From contig OZ244732.1 in NCBI GenBank assembly GCA_965219345.1, forward strand, positions 320,001-384,000: DNA of 64,000 nt, read 5' to 3'. A model generated the notes under the pieces. That model saw only the letters and a list, made by a program, of their open reading frames with translations. It was not told the DNA's origin and made no database searches. Positions 39,863 to 50,077 of this stretch are shown piece by piece (position 1 is the stretch's first letter; every line of letters begins with the position of its first letter). A program made the translations under genes and the position numbers. The stretch comes from Nitrosopumilus sp. (lineage in GTDB: Archaea > Thermoproteota > Nitrososphaeria > Nitrososphaerales > Nitrosopumilaceae).

Positions 39863-41959
39863 TTAGAGTCCTATTCGGACATCTAGAATGCGACAACCCT
39901 TTCCCTTCTCCATTACTAATACAGGATTCATATCTAATTCTTTGATCTCTTTAAAGTCAGAAACTAATTGAGATAGTCTCTGAATACATTCAGAGAGTTT
40001 TGATATGTCTGAAGGTTTTTCGCCTCTCACACCTTGTAGGATTTTTTGTGTCTTAATTGATGCTATCATGTCGTCTGCTTCTCTTTCAGTTACAGGCGCT
40101 AGCTTGAATGTTACATCTTTGAGAACTTCTACATAGATTCCTCCCATTCCAAGCATAACCACTGGACCAAATCCAGGCTCGAGTTTTGAACCAATGATTA
40201 GTTCTTTACCACCCTTTACCATCTCTACAATCAAGACACCTTTGATCTCGGCTTTCTTGTTGTAATTTTTAGCATTTTTGATAATTATTTTGAATGCATC
40301 TTTGATCTCAGATTCATTTGTCAAGTTTACTTTAACACCACCTGCATCAGATTTATGAATAATTTGAGGTGATGCAATCTTCATCACTACTGGATAACCA
40401 ATCTTCTTTGCAATTTTTACTGCTTCAGCTTCTGTTGTAGCAAGCGCACTTGATGGTAGCGGTAAACCATATGCTTTGAGAATTTCTTGTCCTTCTTCTT
40501 CCAGTAGATTTGGTCTCTTTTCTTTTTTAGCTTGATCAAAGATTTTCTTGACTTTTTCTTTGTTTACTTTGAATTTGGTAATTTTTCCAGTTGGAGCTTT
40601 AACCCAGTTTGAAAATCTAATCATTGCCGCAAGGGTTCTGATTGCTCCCTCGGCATATGTATAATATGGAACATTTCCTTTTGCCAAAATTTCTCTGTTG
40701 GTAATTCCTTCATCTAATCCCATCAAGCTTGCAAGCATGGTCTTTTTGTATTTCTTTGACATCTCAACAATAACTTCTGCAAGTTTATCATAATCTAGAG
40801 TTCCAGAAGGAGTACACATTGTGATAACAGAACCAACTTTTGGATGTTTGAGTACACGGTCCAAAACATTATTGAATCTGTTAAAATCAGCATCACCTAC
40901 AATGTCAACAGGGTTTCGGGAGCTTCCCCAAGGTGGAATTACCTCGTCAATTTTTTTTCTAATACTTGTAATGTCTGCCATCTTGATTTTTGTCTTAGAA
41001 CATGCATCAGTAGAGATGATTGCAGGGCCACCTGCGTTTGAAACAATTACAAGATCACCAGCTGATGGTAGTGGCTGTTTAGAAAATGCTGTTGCATAAT
41101 CAAAGAGTTCTTCCATAGTATCAACTCTGATTGCACCAGACTGTTTCAGCACAGCATCATAGATTTCATCAGAGCCCATCAAGGCTCCAGTATGAGACAT
41201 TGCAGCCTTTGCGCCTTCTGGGCTACGTCCTGATTTAAGAACAAGAATTGGTTTTTTGAGTTTTTTAGTAATATTTTTACAAACTTTAAGGAATTCCTGA
41301 CCATTTCCCATGTCCTCGAGATACATTACAATAACTTCGGTTTGTTTATGATTTGCAAGTATCTTTAGAATGTCAACTTCGCTCATTGAAGCTTTGTTTC
41401 CAAGACTAATTACTGCAGAAAAGCCAATTCCTTGAGCGCTAGCATCCTCAACCAATGCGGCACATATTGCACCACTCTGAGATACAAGTGCAATTTTTCC
41501 AGATCTTGGTGTAATTTTAAGAAATGTTGAATTCATCATTGTCTTTGGATCAAGATTCATGACACCAAGACAGTTCGGTCCAATGATTTGGACTTTGTAT
41601 TTTTTAGCTATGTCCTTGAGTTCTTGTTCACGTTTTGCGCCTTCTTCATCAACTTCTTTGAATCCAGCTGTGATGATAATGACACCTTTAATTTTTTTCT
41701 TGCCACACTCTTCCACCACTTGTCCAACCAGTGTATTTTTGATAACAATAACTGCAAGATCAATTGGTTTAGGAACATCTAAGACACTCTTGTATGCTTT
41801 TTTGTAAAAGACTGTGTCTCTTGAGGGACTAATTGGATAAACAATTCCTTTGAAACCATTCATAATGTTTGAGGTAATGGTAGCTCCAACACTTCCTCTC
41901 TTGTCAGATGCACCAATTACTGCAATTGATTTTGGTGATAAAAAGACAGATTCAGCCAT
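39863..41959 (-). CDS. ADP-forming acyl-CoA ligase, probably 4-hydroxybutyrate-CoA ligase
   Basis: CoA-binding + SHTGAL + ATP-grasp (HKSDAGGV); adjacent to the dehydratase. Confidence 0.9.
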   Translation of the reverse strand: MAESVFLSPKSIAVIGASDKRGSVGATITSNIMNGFKGIVYPISPSRDTVFYKKAYKSVLDVPKPIDLAVIVIKNTLVGQVVEECGKKKIKGVIIITAGFKEVDEEGAKREQELKDIAKKYKVQIIGPNCLGVMNLDPKTMMNSTFLKITPRSGKIALVSQSGAICAALVEDASAQGIGFSAVISLGNKASMSEVDILKILANHKQTEVIVMYLEDMGNGQEFLKVCKNITKKLKKPILVLKSGRSPEGAKAAMSHTGALMGSDEIYDAVLKQSGAIRVDTMEELFDYATAFSKQPLPSAGDLVIVSNAGGPAIISTDACSKTKIKMADITSIRKKIDEVIPPWGSSRNPVDIVGDADFNRFNNVLDRVLKHPKVGSVITMCTPSGTLDYDKLAEVIVEMSKKYKKTMLASLMGLDEGITNREILAKGNVPYYTYAEGAIRTLAAMIRFSNWVKAPTGKITKFKVNKEKVKKIFDQAKKEKRPNLLEEEGQEILKAYGLPLPSSALATTEAEAVKIAKKIGYPVVMKIASPQIIHKSDAGGVKVNLTNESEIKDAFKIIIKNAKNYNKKAEIKGVLIVEMVKGGKELIIGSKLEPGFGPVVMLGMGGIYVEVLKDVTFKLAPVTEREADDMIASIKTQKILQGVRGEKPSDISKLSECIQRLSQLVSDFKEIKELDMNPVLVMEKGKGCRILDVRIGL

Positions 41960-42024
41960 GTAAGTTGGATCTAAGGATTTTATATAATAAAGTTATTCAT
42001 AGAAATTTCCGATCTATGATTTTT

Positions 42025-42381
42025 TTAGCTTCCCAACATTTTTCCTGCCAGATTCTCTTTTCTAGGAATCCATACAATTGAAAGATTAGAAAATTTTCCC
42101 ATAATACCCCAAGCCTCTCGTGCCAGAATTCGAAGTTGTTCATTATTAATTGCAAATTCATGATTCAATTGATTTACAGTATTTTTAGAATCACTGTAAA
42201 TAATAATTCCATCATTTGAATCAACAAACTTGTTTAACGCAGAGATTATTGCCAAGTATTCAGCTTGATTGTTTGTTAGCTCTGGTTTTTTTTCATAAAA
42301 TGATTCTCCTGTATCTTTTACAAAGTATCCGTACCCACTATCAGGACCTCCAGAACCATCAACGTAAACGCTAATTCCCAT
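42025..42381 (-). CDS. Ribonuclease HI-like protein
   Basis: YVDGS, TNNQAEY, YSDS, WIPRKENLA. Confidence 0.9.
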   Translation of the reverse strand: MGISVYVDGSGGPDSGYGYFVKDTGESFYEKKPELTNNQAEYLAIISALNKFVDSNDGIIIYSDSKNTVNQLNHEFAINNEQLRILAREAWGIMGKFSNLSIVWIPRKENLAGKMLGS

Positions 42382-42814
42382 CTTTATACAACCTCACTAA
42401 CTTTACATTCAGATTTGCCACTATCAAAAAAATCATTGCCGATATACTTTGTGATATAATTGATGCCATATATGGATCATAGTCTATAGTCAGAAAATAG
42501 TACTGCAAACCCCATCTCGCAATAGTATAAACAACTTCAGCAATTCCAAGAGAGGTAACTAATTTTATGATATCACGTTTTAGTTTTACAGTATCTGTAC
42601 CACCAGATTCAATGCGATATTTTTTTCTGTTATCGAAATAGTATAACGCACAAAAAACTGAAAAGTAAATGGAATAATCTGCAATTGTGGTATATGTTGA
42701 GTTTAGATAGTCTTCTTGATCAGATAAAAGTTGGGCAATTGCTGCAGAAATAATTATTGATGTTAAAATTGCGATTAGAATATTTTTGTTAAGTTTAAGA
42801 TAATCTTGTAACAT
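42371..42814 (-). CDS. Hypothetical membrane protein
   Basis: Multiple TM segments. Confidence 0.75.
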   Translation of the reverse strand: MLQDYLKLNKNILIAILTSIIISAAIAQLLSDQEDYLNSTYTTIADYSIYFSVFCALYYFDNRKKYRIESGGTDTVKLKRDIIKLVTSLGIAEVVYTIARWGLQYYFLTIDYDPYMASIISQSISAMIFLIVANLNVKLVRLYKDGN

Positions 42815-42849
42815 AATTTTAATTATTTTTTGTCACAATTAAACTAAGA

Positions 42850-43134
42850 TTAGTCCAAGGTAATCTTTAGGAATATTATCAATCCTGCAAGTTCTGCAAT
42901 TCCTACTCCTAACATATATGGGAAAATTTCATTAGAGAAAATCATCTCTATTGAGAAATAAGCTAGACCACCAATGACATTATGCAAAAACAACATAACA
43001 GTAACAACAATCATGCCTAATGGAAGCTGTGCCCGGGTCTTGCCATACATCTTTCCAAATATAGCAATTAGAATTCCAAGTATGCCCATATTTGCAATTG
43101 AGACAATAGACAAGACTAGTGAGGTAGGTTCCAT
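42850..43134 (-). CDS. Hypothetical membrane protein
   Basis: Three hydrophobic helices. Confidence 0.75.
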   Translation of the reverse strand: MEPTSLVLSIVSIANMGILGILIAIFGKMYGKTRAQLPLGMIVVTVMLFLHNVIGGLAYFSIEMIFSNEIFPYMLGVGIAELAGLIIFLKITLD

Positions 43135-43159
43135 TTAGTGAAAAACACCTCTTGAGCTT

Positions 43160-43462
43160 TTATTTACTTTTGTCCAATTTTAGTTCAATTTCTTCAAAAG
43201 CCTCCATATTTACTTCAAGGAAGGTGGAAATGAAAAATGTAATGCCGTATTTTTCCCCAACCTTAGTGATCATGTTATTTTTTTCAAGTACCCTAACATG
43301 ATGTTGAATAGCCTTGTAATCTAGGCCTAGCTCTTTTGCCAGTTGATTAGTATTAAGTGGATTTTCCTTTAATTTTGAGATAATTTTTAATCGATTCAGT
43401 CCTCCCCGTGAAGCTGCAAATACAAACCAAAGCAGTCTTTTTGAGTCAGGATCATTTGCCAT
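43160..43462 (-). CDS. ArsR-like winged-helix regulator
   Basis: RGGLNRLKII..NTNQLAKELGLDYKAIQHHVRVL. Confidence 0.9.
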   Translation of the reverse strand: MANDPDSKRLLWFVFAASRGGLNRLKIISKLKENPLNTNQLAKELGLDYKAIQHHVRVLEKNNMITKVGEKYGITFFISTFLEVNMEAFEEIELKLDKSK

Positions 43463-43564
43463 GAGTAATGAAAATTCTTCTAGTTTACTACTAAAAGGTA
43501 TTTTGTGGTTGAGTCAAAATAGAAACTATAAAAAACATAATCAAGCAAATTTCTTTGAAATTAA

Positions 43565-44446
43565 ATGATGTTAAACTATGATGCCCCATTGTATAGGCCA
43601 CCTTCAGAATCAAGATCATTGATTTTCCAAATAACATTAGGTTGTTCATTTAATGAATGTTCTTTTTGTGATATGTATAGATCAAAAGAGTATTCTGAAA
43701 GAACATGGGATGAGGTAAAAGCAGAAATTGATATGATGGCAAATTATTTGCCTGACACTAAAAGAGTATTTCTTGCAGATGGTGATGCATTGAATCTTGA
43801 TTCTGAGTACATGATAAAAATTGTAAAATACATTAAAGAAAAATTTTCAAAGCTTGAAAGAATTTCATGTTATGCAATGCCAATGAATATTCTAAAGAAA
43901 ACACCTGAAGAATTAAAGAAGATGAATGAAGCTGGGCTGGACATGTTCTATCTAGGAATTGAAAGTGGTTCTGACATTGTTCTGAAAAAAGTAACAAAGG
44001 GAGCTATTGCAAAGACAATTACAAAATCTGTCAACAAGGCAAAAGACGCAGGTTACATAATGTCATGCATGGTAATTTTGGGATTGGGTGGAAGAACATA
44101 TTCTAAAGAACATATCAAAGGTACTGCCGAAGTGATCAGTGCATGTTCACCACAGTATGTGGGAGCTTTGACCCTATATCTGGAAAAGGGAATAAAGCAA
44201 GAATTTCTTGACAAATTTGAAGAACCATTCATTAGAATTAATGATGATGAATCATTAGAAGAACTTCATAATTTGATTAGCCAGATCAAAACTAAAGACG
44301 AGATTATTTTTAGAGCAAATCATGGTTCAAATGCATATACAGTTAAGGGTACTTTCCCACAGGACAAACAAGAAATGTTGGATAGAATAGAATGGATGAA
44401 ACAACATCCAGAAATTATGCGTCCAGAGGGATTACGAGGATTTTAA
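43565..44446 (+). CDS. Radical SAM protein
   Basis: CSFNECSFC motif; YRPPSE. Confidence 0.92.
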   Translation: MMLNYDAPLYRPPSESRSLIFQITLGCSFNECSFCDMYRSKEYSERTWDEVKAEIDMMANYLPDTKRVFLADGDALNLDSEYMIKIVKYIKEKFSKLERISCYAMPMNILKKTPEELKKMNEAGLDMFYLGIESGSDIVLKKVTKGAIAKTITKSVNKAKDAGYIMSCMVILGLGGRTYSKEHIKGTAEVISACSPQYVGALTLYLEKGIKQEFLDKFEEPFIRINDDESLEELHNLISQIKTKDEIIFRANHGSNAYTVKGTFPQDKQEMLDRIEWMKQHPEIMRPEGLRGF

Positions 44447-44447
44447 A

Positions 44448-44705
44448 TTAAAGATTATCAATTATGGGCTTGAGATTTTCTGGCAGTTCTGGTAATTCAG
44501 TATGGCTTTCGTTGTTTTGAAGGTTTTCAGGTCCTATGCGTCTAACTCGCTGAGTTCCAATTAGAGTGTCAATATTTCTTTGAATGTCTTTTTCAGATAA
44601 AATATCCTTTAATTTTTCAATGACAGTTTCTTCATTTTCATATTTCTTTATTCCATATTGAACAAGAATCATTTTCTCTTCTGAGGAAAATTCTGTCATA
44701 TTCAT
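44448..44705 (-). CDS. Hypothetical protein
   Basis: 85-aa ORF with host-like composition. Confidence 0.7.
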   Translation of the reverse strand: MNMTEFSSEEKMILVQYGIKKYENEETVIEKLKDILSEKDIQRNIDTLIGTQRVRRIGPENLQNNESHTELPELPENLKPIIDNL

Positions 44706-44758
44706 ACTAAGAGTTTAAGGCTAATAATCGTTGATTAGTGAAAAATAATTAAAATACT

Positions 44759-45271
44759 ATGAATGACAAATTACCATACTTGGAAAGTAAATTACAATTA
44801 ATCTCAAATGTTTTGACTACGAAAAGATATGCCGCAATTGGAGTAATTAGCGGGGTGGGATTAGGAATAATCTATTACTTTTTGACAATGTCAATGCTAC
44901 CTACTCACTTTGATGCTACAATAAAGATAATGCCTTCTTACATTGCTACATCAATTGGGGTAACTATAGTAATTTCAGCCTTGGCTGGAATCAATTTTGC
45001 GTTAATGGCTTTTAAGATAAAGAAGATGAAGATGATGAATTCTGTGAAATCAAACTCTTCAGCTGTATTAGGAGGGGCTTTTGTAGCATTTACTCCAGGA
45101 TGTCCTGCATGTACTGCACCTCTAGCAGTAATTTTAGGCGCAGTTGGAGGATTGTCATTGTTTCCAATGCTGGGATTAGAGTTGAAATTCATCTCAGTAG
45201 CAGTTCTCATATTTTCTATTTATTGGATTACAAGAGGACTGCAAAGCAATAGTTGTTGTAAGATTGGATAG
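44759..45271 (+). CDS. Membrane protein with CPAC motif
   Basis: 4 TM segments, GCPAC, C-terminal CC. Confidence 0.8.
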   Translation: MNDKLPYLESKLQLISNVLTTKRYAAIGVISGVGLGIIYYFLTMSMLPTHFDATIKIMPSYIATSIGVTIVISALAGINFALMAFKIKKMKMMNSVKSNSSAVLGGAFVAFTPGCPACTAPLAVILGAVGGLSLFPMLGLELKFISVAVLIFSIYWITRGLQSNSCCKIG

Positions 45272-45526
45272 ATTATCACATGGGAATTTTATTTAGATTT
45301 GAACAAAAATTAATCATAGAAAGACGGTAAACACACCGTTCAATCCTTGAGAGAGGCATTGAATGAATTTATTTTGAATATGTTACCGATCTTCTATTGT
45401 TCATTTGTGAAAAATTAATAAGTTAATCTAAGTTAATGCGGGATCCCTTTTATGATAGAATTGATCGCTAAAGCATCCCGCATTTGGAGATATATTGTTA
45501 TATTGTACAAGTAATAATATCATATT

Positions 45527-45670
45527 ATGAGTAGACGTGTTACAATCATGATTGATGAAGATCTTGACAAAAAACTTAGACTCCGTCAAGCAAAAATGAT
45601 TCAACAAGAACAATCATCATATAGCTATTCTAAAGTATTGAATGAAACCCTTCGTAAAACTTTGAAATAG
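45527..45670 (+). CDS. Small ribbon-helix-helix-like protein
   Basis: MSRRVTIMIDEDLDKKLRLRQAKMIQQEQSSYSYSKVLNETLRKTLK. Confidence 0.75.
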   Translation: MSRRVTIMIDEDLDKKLRLRQAKMIQQEQSSYSYSKVLNETLRKTLK

Positions 45671-45819
45671 TTTTTCAAATCCTTACAGGTTTGAACTTTT
45701 ATTGATAAGGGATACTTTTTGACGTACAAAATATGGTTAATTTGTTCCAATATAGGGGATGGGCCCCACGGGGATTCAGCCACCTTTTTGGGGATAGAAA
45801 TGGACGCAAATAACTGTAA

Positions 45820-46845
45820 TTATGAAAAAGTATCAGTTTCAGATAGCTTAATTTCTTTCAAACGTTCATAATTTTCAGTTGGTTCATTCCAATAATTAAA
45901 TTCCCAAAAATATGAAAATTGTTTTGCATAATCTTTTTCATCTATCTTATCAGCAGTACTGGATGTTACACAAAATGGAGAACCTGATGTTCGATACATT
46001 GGTTCTAAACCCAGAGGACATGCAATAAGATCCAGCATTGTTGATAGTATTCGATTTCCTGATTGTTGATATGTAGATTGTTCTTTCAGGGATGGAATTT
46101 TTATATCGTTAGGATAAATATCTGGTTTAAAATCATCTTCATTCCATCCCCATATTGAACTTTGTATCCCATCTACCTTGTATACATTAGGCATTATGCA
46201 TGAATCAAATTGTAATTGATCATGATACTTTAGATATAACAAAACTTCTTCTCCGATTTCTGGATCTATGAAATAACCATGTGAAAATTGTTGGCTGTAG
46301 AGTTTAGATTTTTCAATTCCAAACACATCGATTTTATTTTGTGTAACATTTCCTTTGTAAACTGTATCTACCATCATTTCTATCCTAAATGGAATTTTTA
46401 ATTCACTATTTTGGAGAAAATCTTCATTCTCTTTTATTTGTGTAGTAACTCGATCTGGCATATACCACTCCATATGAATGTCCCACCAATAATTTTTCAA
46501 AGATTCAGAAAATGCGGGTTCTAGTAACTTTTCAATATGTTGTAATCTTTCAGACAAAGGTATTGTTTTATTTGCTAACATTGACACAAATTCTTCATTT
46601 GCAGTAAACAAATTACATGGATTTTCTGAATTTGTATCATTATAGTGAGATAATGCATCAGCACCATATGATTTACCAATAATTTTTCCTGATACTATGG
46701 TATCAGACTGAAACCAAATTTCTGCAGACAATACAGCATCACCTGGTGCTCTACACGGATAAGGACCAGCACATCCAGCATCTACATCTAGAATTGGAAA
46801 TAATGCAAATAGAACTAATGGAATTACTACCCAAATTAGTCTCAT
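45820..46845 (-). CDS. Secreted hypothetical protein with thaumarchaeal C-terminal Cys motif
   Basis: Signal peptide; CPLGLEPMYRTSGSPFCVTSSTADKI. Confidence 0.75.
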   Translation of the reverse strand: MRLIWVVIPLVLFALFPILDVDAGCAGPYPCRAPGDAVLSAEIWFQSDTIVSGKIIGKSYGADALSHYNDTNSENPCNLFTANEEFVSMLANKTIPLSERLQHIEKLLEPAFSESLKNYWWDIHMEWYMPDRVTTQIKENEDFLQNSELKIPFRIEMMVDTVYKGNVTQNKIDVFGIEKSKLYSQQFSHGYFIDPEIGEEVLLYLKYHDQLQFDSCIMPNVYKVDGIQSSIWGWNEDDFKPDIYPNDIKIPSLKEQSTYQQSGNRILSTMLDLIACPLGLEPMYRTSGSPFCVTSSTADKIDEKDYAKQFSYFWEFNYWNEPTENYERLKEIKLSETDTFS

Positions 46846-47047
46846 CCTATTCCCTAACCTCGTTCAATTAATGATACTTTCGTATTTTGTATCACACAAT
46901 TTAGCCTCCAACACTCCCTCCAATGTGTCTTGCACTTTTCACACCATCAATACTCTCAAAACTTTTAGTTAATAGTTCCTCATCTTTCCAAAAGCCACTA
47001 ATGGTGATAATATACAGGTTATCAAGTGTTTCATTATTTGTGAATGT

Positions 47048-47344
47048 TCATACTTGCAGAGGATGAGGTAAATTATTTTTATAATCAAAAGCGGATTCTA
47101 TCTTAATTATCTTAAATTTTTCATCATAGATGGTAGTAGTTCCAGAAAACATTTTTTCTAATTTATCTTTTGGAAAAGAGATCATATCATATTCTACAAG
47201 CCAACGTTCTGTATGATGGATTATCTCATCAGACTCTATTGGAATAGCTGAAAAATAAATCCCAATTCCTCCAACTACAAAAATGGCAACAAGTGGAACT
47301 AAAATCAATAATGTTTTCAAGATATTATCAAATTTAACAATCAT
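47048..47344 (-). CDS. Membrane-anchored hypothetical protein (possibly truncated)
   Basis: N-terminal TM; downstream fragments. Confidence 0.5.
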   Translation of the reverse strand: MIVKFDNILKTLLILVPLVAIFVVGGIGIYFSAIPIESDEIIHHTERWLVEYDMISFPKDKLEKMFSGTTTIYDEKFKIIKIESAFDYKNNLPHPLQV

Positions 47345-47407
47345 TTATTCATAAAGTATACTATTTTTGCGTGATCTAACTACAGATTACGAAGAAATCA
47401 CATCAGA

Positions 47408-47872
47408 CTAAAGATAAGGACCACAATCAGGATTACAGAAGACAAATGCCACAGCATAGTAATTTCCTTCATATGTAATATGATATCCAAATGCCTCAGG
47501 ATTTTCAATATAATTTTCTGATATATTCTCAAATGCTATAATTAATTCTCGAGCATCAGAATTTTTTAAACTAGTAATAGATGCAGAAATAATTTCTCCA
47601 TATCTTTGTGATTCTGGCATACTTTTAACATCATCCAAACTATCTCGAAGTATTGGATAATTTCTTACCAAATTATCCACTTGAACGTATTGTTTAGTTG
47701 AATCGTATTTGGCTTGATCAACTAATAGATGTACAGTGCTAAAATAATCAACAGGAGTAAGAGACCCTAGTATGTATCCCATGAATAATACTGAAATTAT
47801 CACAGACGCTAAAATTATTATGATTGAAATTTTTTTCTTAGACATCATATGTGCTAACTCCTTTAATTTCAA
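47408..47872 (-). CDS. Membrane-anchored hypothetical protein
   Basis: N-terminal TM helix. Confidence 0.6.
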   Translation of the reverse strand: MKLKELAHMMSKKKISIIIILASVIISVLFMGYILGSLTPVDYFSTVHLLVDQAKYDSTKQYVQVDNLVRNYPILRDSLDDVKSMPESQRYGEIISASITSLKNSDARELIIAFENISENYIENPEAFGYHITYEGNYYAVAFVFCNPDCGPYL

Positions 47873-47908
47873 TTAATCGTGATTCAGGTATAAAATTGAT
47901 TAATAATT

Positions 47909-48785
47909 TCATGAATTATTCTCCTTTCTAGCTTTTAATTTTCTTTTAACAATAAAGACAACAATTCCTGCAACTAATAGTATTGGCATTACAAGTATTA
48001 CAAAATAGGATCTGAGAAAAAAATTCAAGCCATTAACTGCTAAATACATATACCAATCATCAGGTTCATCTTTATACTGAGAAAGATCTATTTCTTGAAT
48101 AATATACAAATCATTTTGGCCAAACGAAGTTATAGAAAAATAACCAAAATCAGTATTCATACTTCCTCCAATCATTCCATCGCCTATGAATAAACGTACA
48201 TCTACATAGTTTGGATCTCTTGACGTACCTTTCCAAAGGGAATCAACTACAGAATGCTTGTTTACAGTAATTGATTCACCAAACATATTAAACAAAATTG
48301 TATCAGAATCAAACGCAGTCATATTTACTTTAGCAAATTCATGAAGATTCATATCAGAAGATAATGCTACGTTTTTAGTTTCATTATTATAGATGAATAG
48401 TTCAGAAATTCTCTCAGGAATAATAAAATTTGGTTCAAGAATTACATCATAAGAATCAGTTGGAAACTGACTTTGTATTTCATTTCTAGATAAATAATAA
48501 CTGTATACATTACGATTTTCTCTTTTATCTGTTACCCATTCTTTAAGTACCTTTTTCTAACGCTTGATTCATTTCAATTTTTTTTGTTTCCATCCAATCT
48601 GCACCTTTGTAATCATAATATCCATACCATGCATTATAAAATTCAGAGTGACTAAATGGATTTGTATCAATGCATGGAGCAGATGGCCAATCTTTATCCT
48701 CTACACACAATGCAAAACCATCTTGCATTCCAATTATTCCAATCAAAACCAATGAAATTACTAGCCAAACTAATCTAAATTGCAT
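47909..48785 (-). pseudogene. Split secreted/membrane hypothetical protein
   Basis: Signal-peptide fragment (48543-48785) and C-terminal TM fragment (47909-48352) separated by disrupted frame. Confidence 0.5.
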
Positions 48786-48943
48786 AATATGATCCTCTAG
48801 TTTTACATCATAATTTTTGATACAATTTAATTTTTACCAATCTAAAGTTCTAATCTTTAGAGGTTTGAACCATTTATGGGGAATAAAGTGGACATCATTG
48901 TTTAATTCCACATCACGGGAACCACCTATCTAGGCAATAATTT

Positions 48944-50077
48944 TTAGTTTGAAAAAATTTCTTTGATTAAGAAGATCTGTTCAACTGGTGTTTGATTGAG
49001 AATATTTTTGTTAAAATTAAGATCAGGCATAGAATTAAGAAGATTTATTCTTAATTCATTTTTATCATCTGCATCATATCCAAGAATTTCTAAATATGAT
49101 TTCATTACAGATGAAATTTTGGCAACTATTTCATTTTTTGAATTAGACTCATCAAAAAATTTTTGTAAATAAACGGTATAAAACCATACCAACAAAATAT
49201 CAGAGATATGTTCAGTTTTTTTGTAAGGTTGAGATGTATTGAGATATGTACCTTTGAAAGAACCAAAGATTCCTACATATTCAGTGACAGTAGTAATCTG
49301 AGCATCAAATGATAATAAACTAGGAATTGAAGACTGAATTGTATCAAGAATACTTTTTACATCGTAACGTCCATTATCATAGATTTGGGATTTGAATGTA
49401 GTAAGATTCAAAAAAACCTGAAGAGATTCATCAATATCTTTTTCAGAAGCAAATTTCAATAATGATGCTATATCGTATACTTGTTTTGGAATATCATCGG
49501 ACAAATTTCCAATTTTTGGTTTTAATAATCCAATCTTGTTTAGAGATAAAGTAGTTATTTTATCTCCAATTAATGCACCACGAGTTAAAATCTTTGAAGA
49601 ATAATCAATTTTGAATTCAATTACTTCATCACCATTTGCAGTTGATTGGGTGGGCAGTTCTAAAGGCATATCGCACATATAATCAACTTTTACTGTTTCA
49701 TCACTTCCAAAACAAGAATGGTATTTTACATAATACGTAACTAAATTTGGAATAGGTGCAAGATTTTTAGGATTATGTTTTTTTATATTTACATCAGGTA
49801 AGTTTGAATCTAAGTTTTGCATAATTGATTCAATTTCATCAACTTGTAATCTAGTAAGTAAATCAATATCTATACTTAAACGTCTAATTCCTAACGCAGT
49901 ATGAAAAGGAACACACATACCTCCTCTCAATGTACTATCAATTTCTTGTGATATATGATAATTCATTTCAAAATCCATAATAAATTTCTCAACATATATA
50001 GGATTTGCAAAATTAAATTTAGTTGTAATACTTTCAATATTATTTTTCTCAAGCTCATTTACAAAATGATATACCAT
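48944..50077 (-). CDS. AbiEii-family nucleotidyltransferase (type IV TA toxin)
   Basis: VEKF..LRGGMCV..RRLSIDIDL..KVDY..GDKI..KQVYDI. Confidence 0.85.
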   Translation of the reverse strand: MVYHFVNELEKNNIESITTKFNFANPIYVEKFIMDFEMNYHISQEIDSTLRGGMCVPFHTALGIRRLSIDIDLLTRLQVDEIESIMQNLDSNLPDVNIKKHNPKNLAPIPNLVTYYVKYHSCFGSDETVKVDYMCDMPLELPTQSTANGDEVIEFKIDYSSKILTRGALIGDKITTLSLNKIGLLKPKIGNLSDDIPKQVYDIASLLKFASEKDIDESLQVFLNLTTFKSQIYDNGRYDVKSILDTIQSSIPSLLSFDAQITTVTEYVGIFGSFKGTYLNTSQPYKKTEHISDILLVWFYTVYLQKFFDESNSKNEIVAKISSVMKSYLEILGYDADDKNELRINLLNSMPDLNFNKNILNQTPVEQIFLIKEIFSN

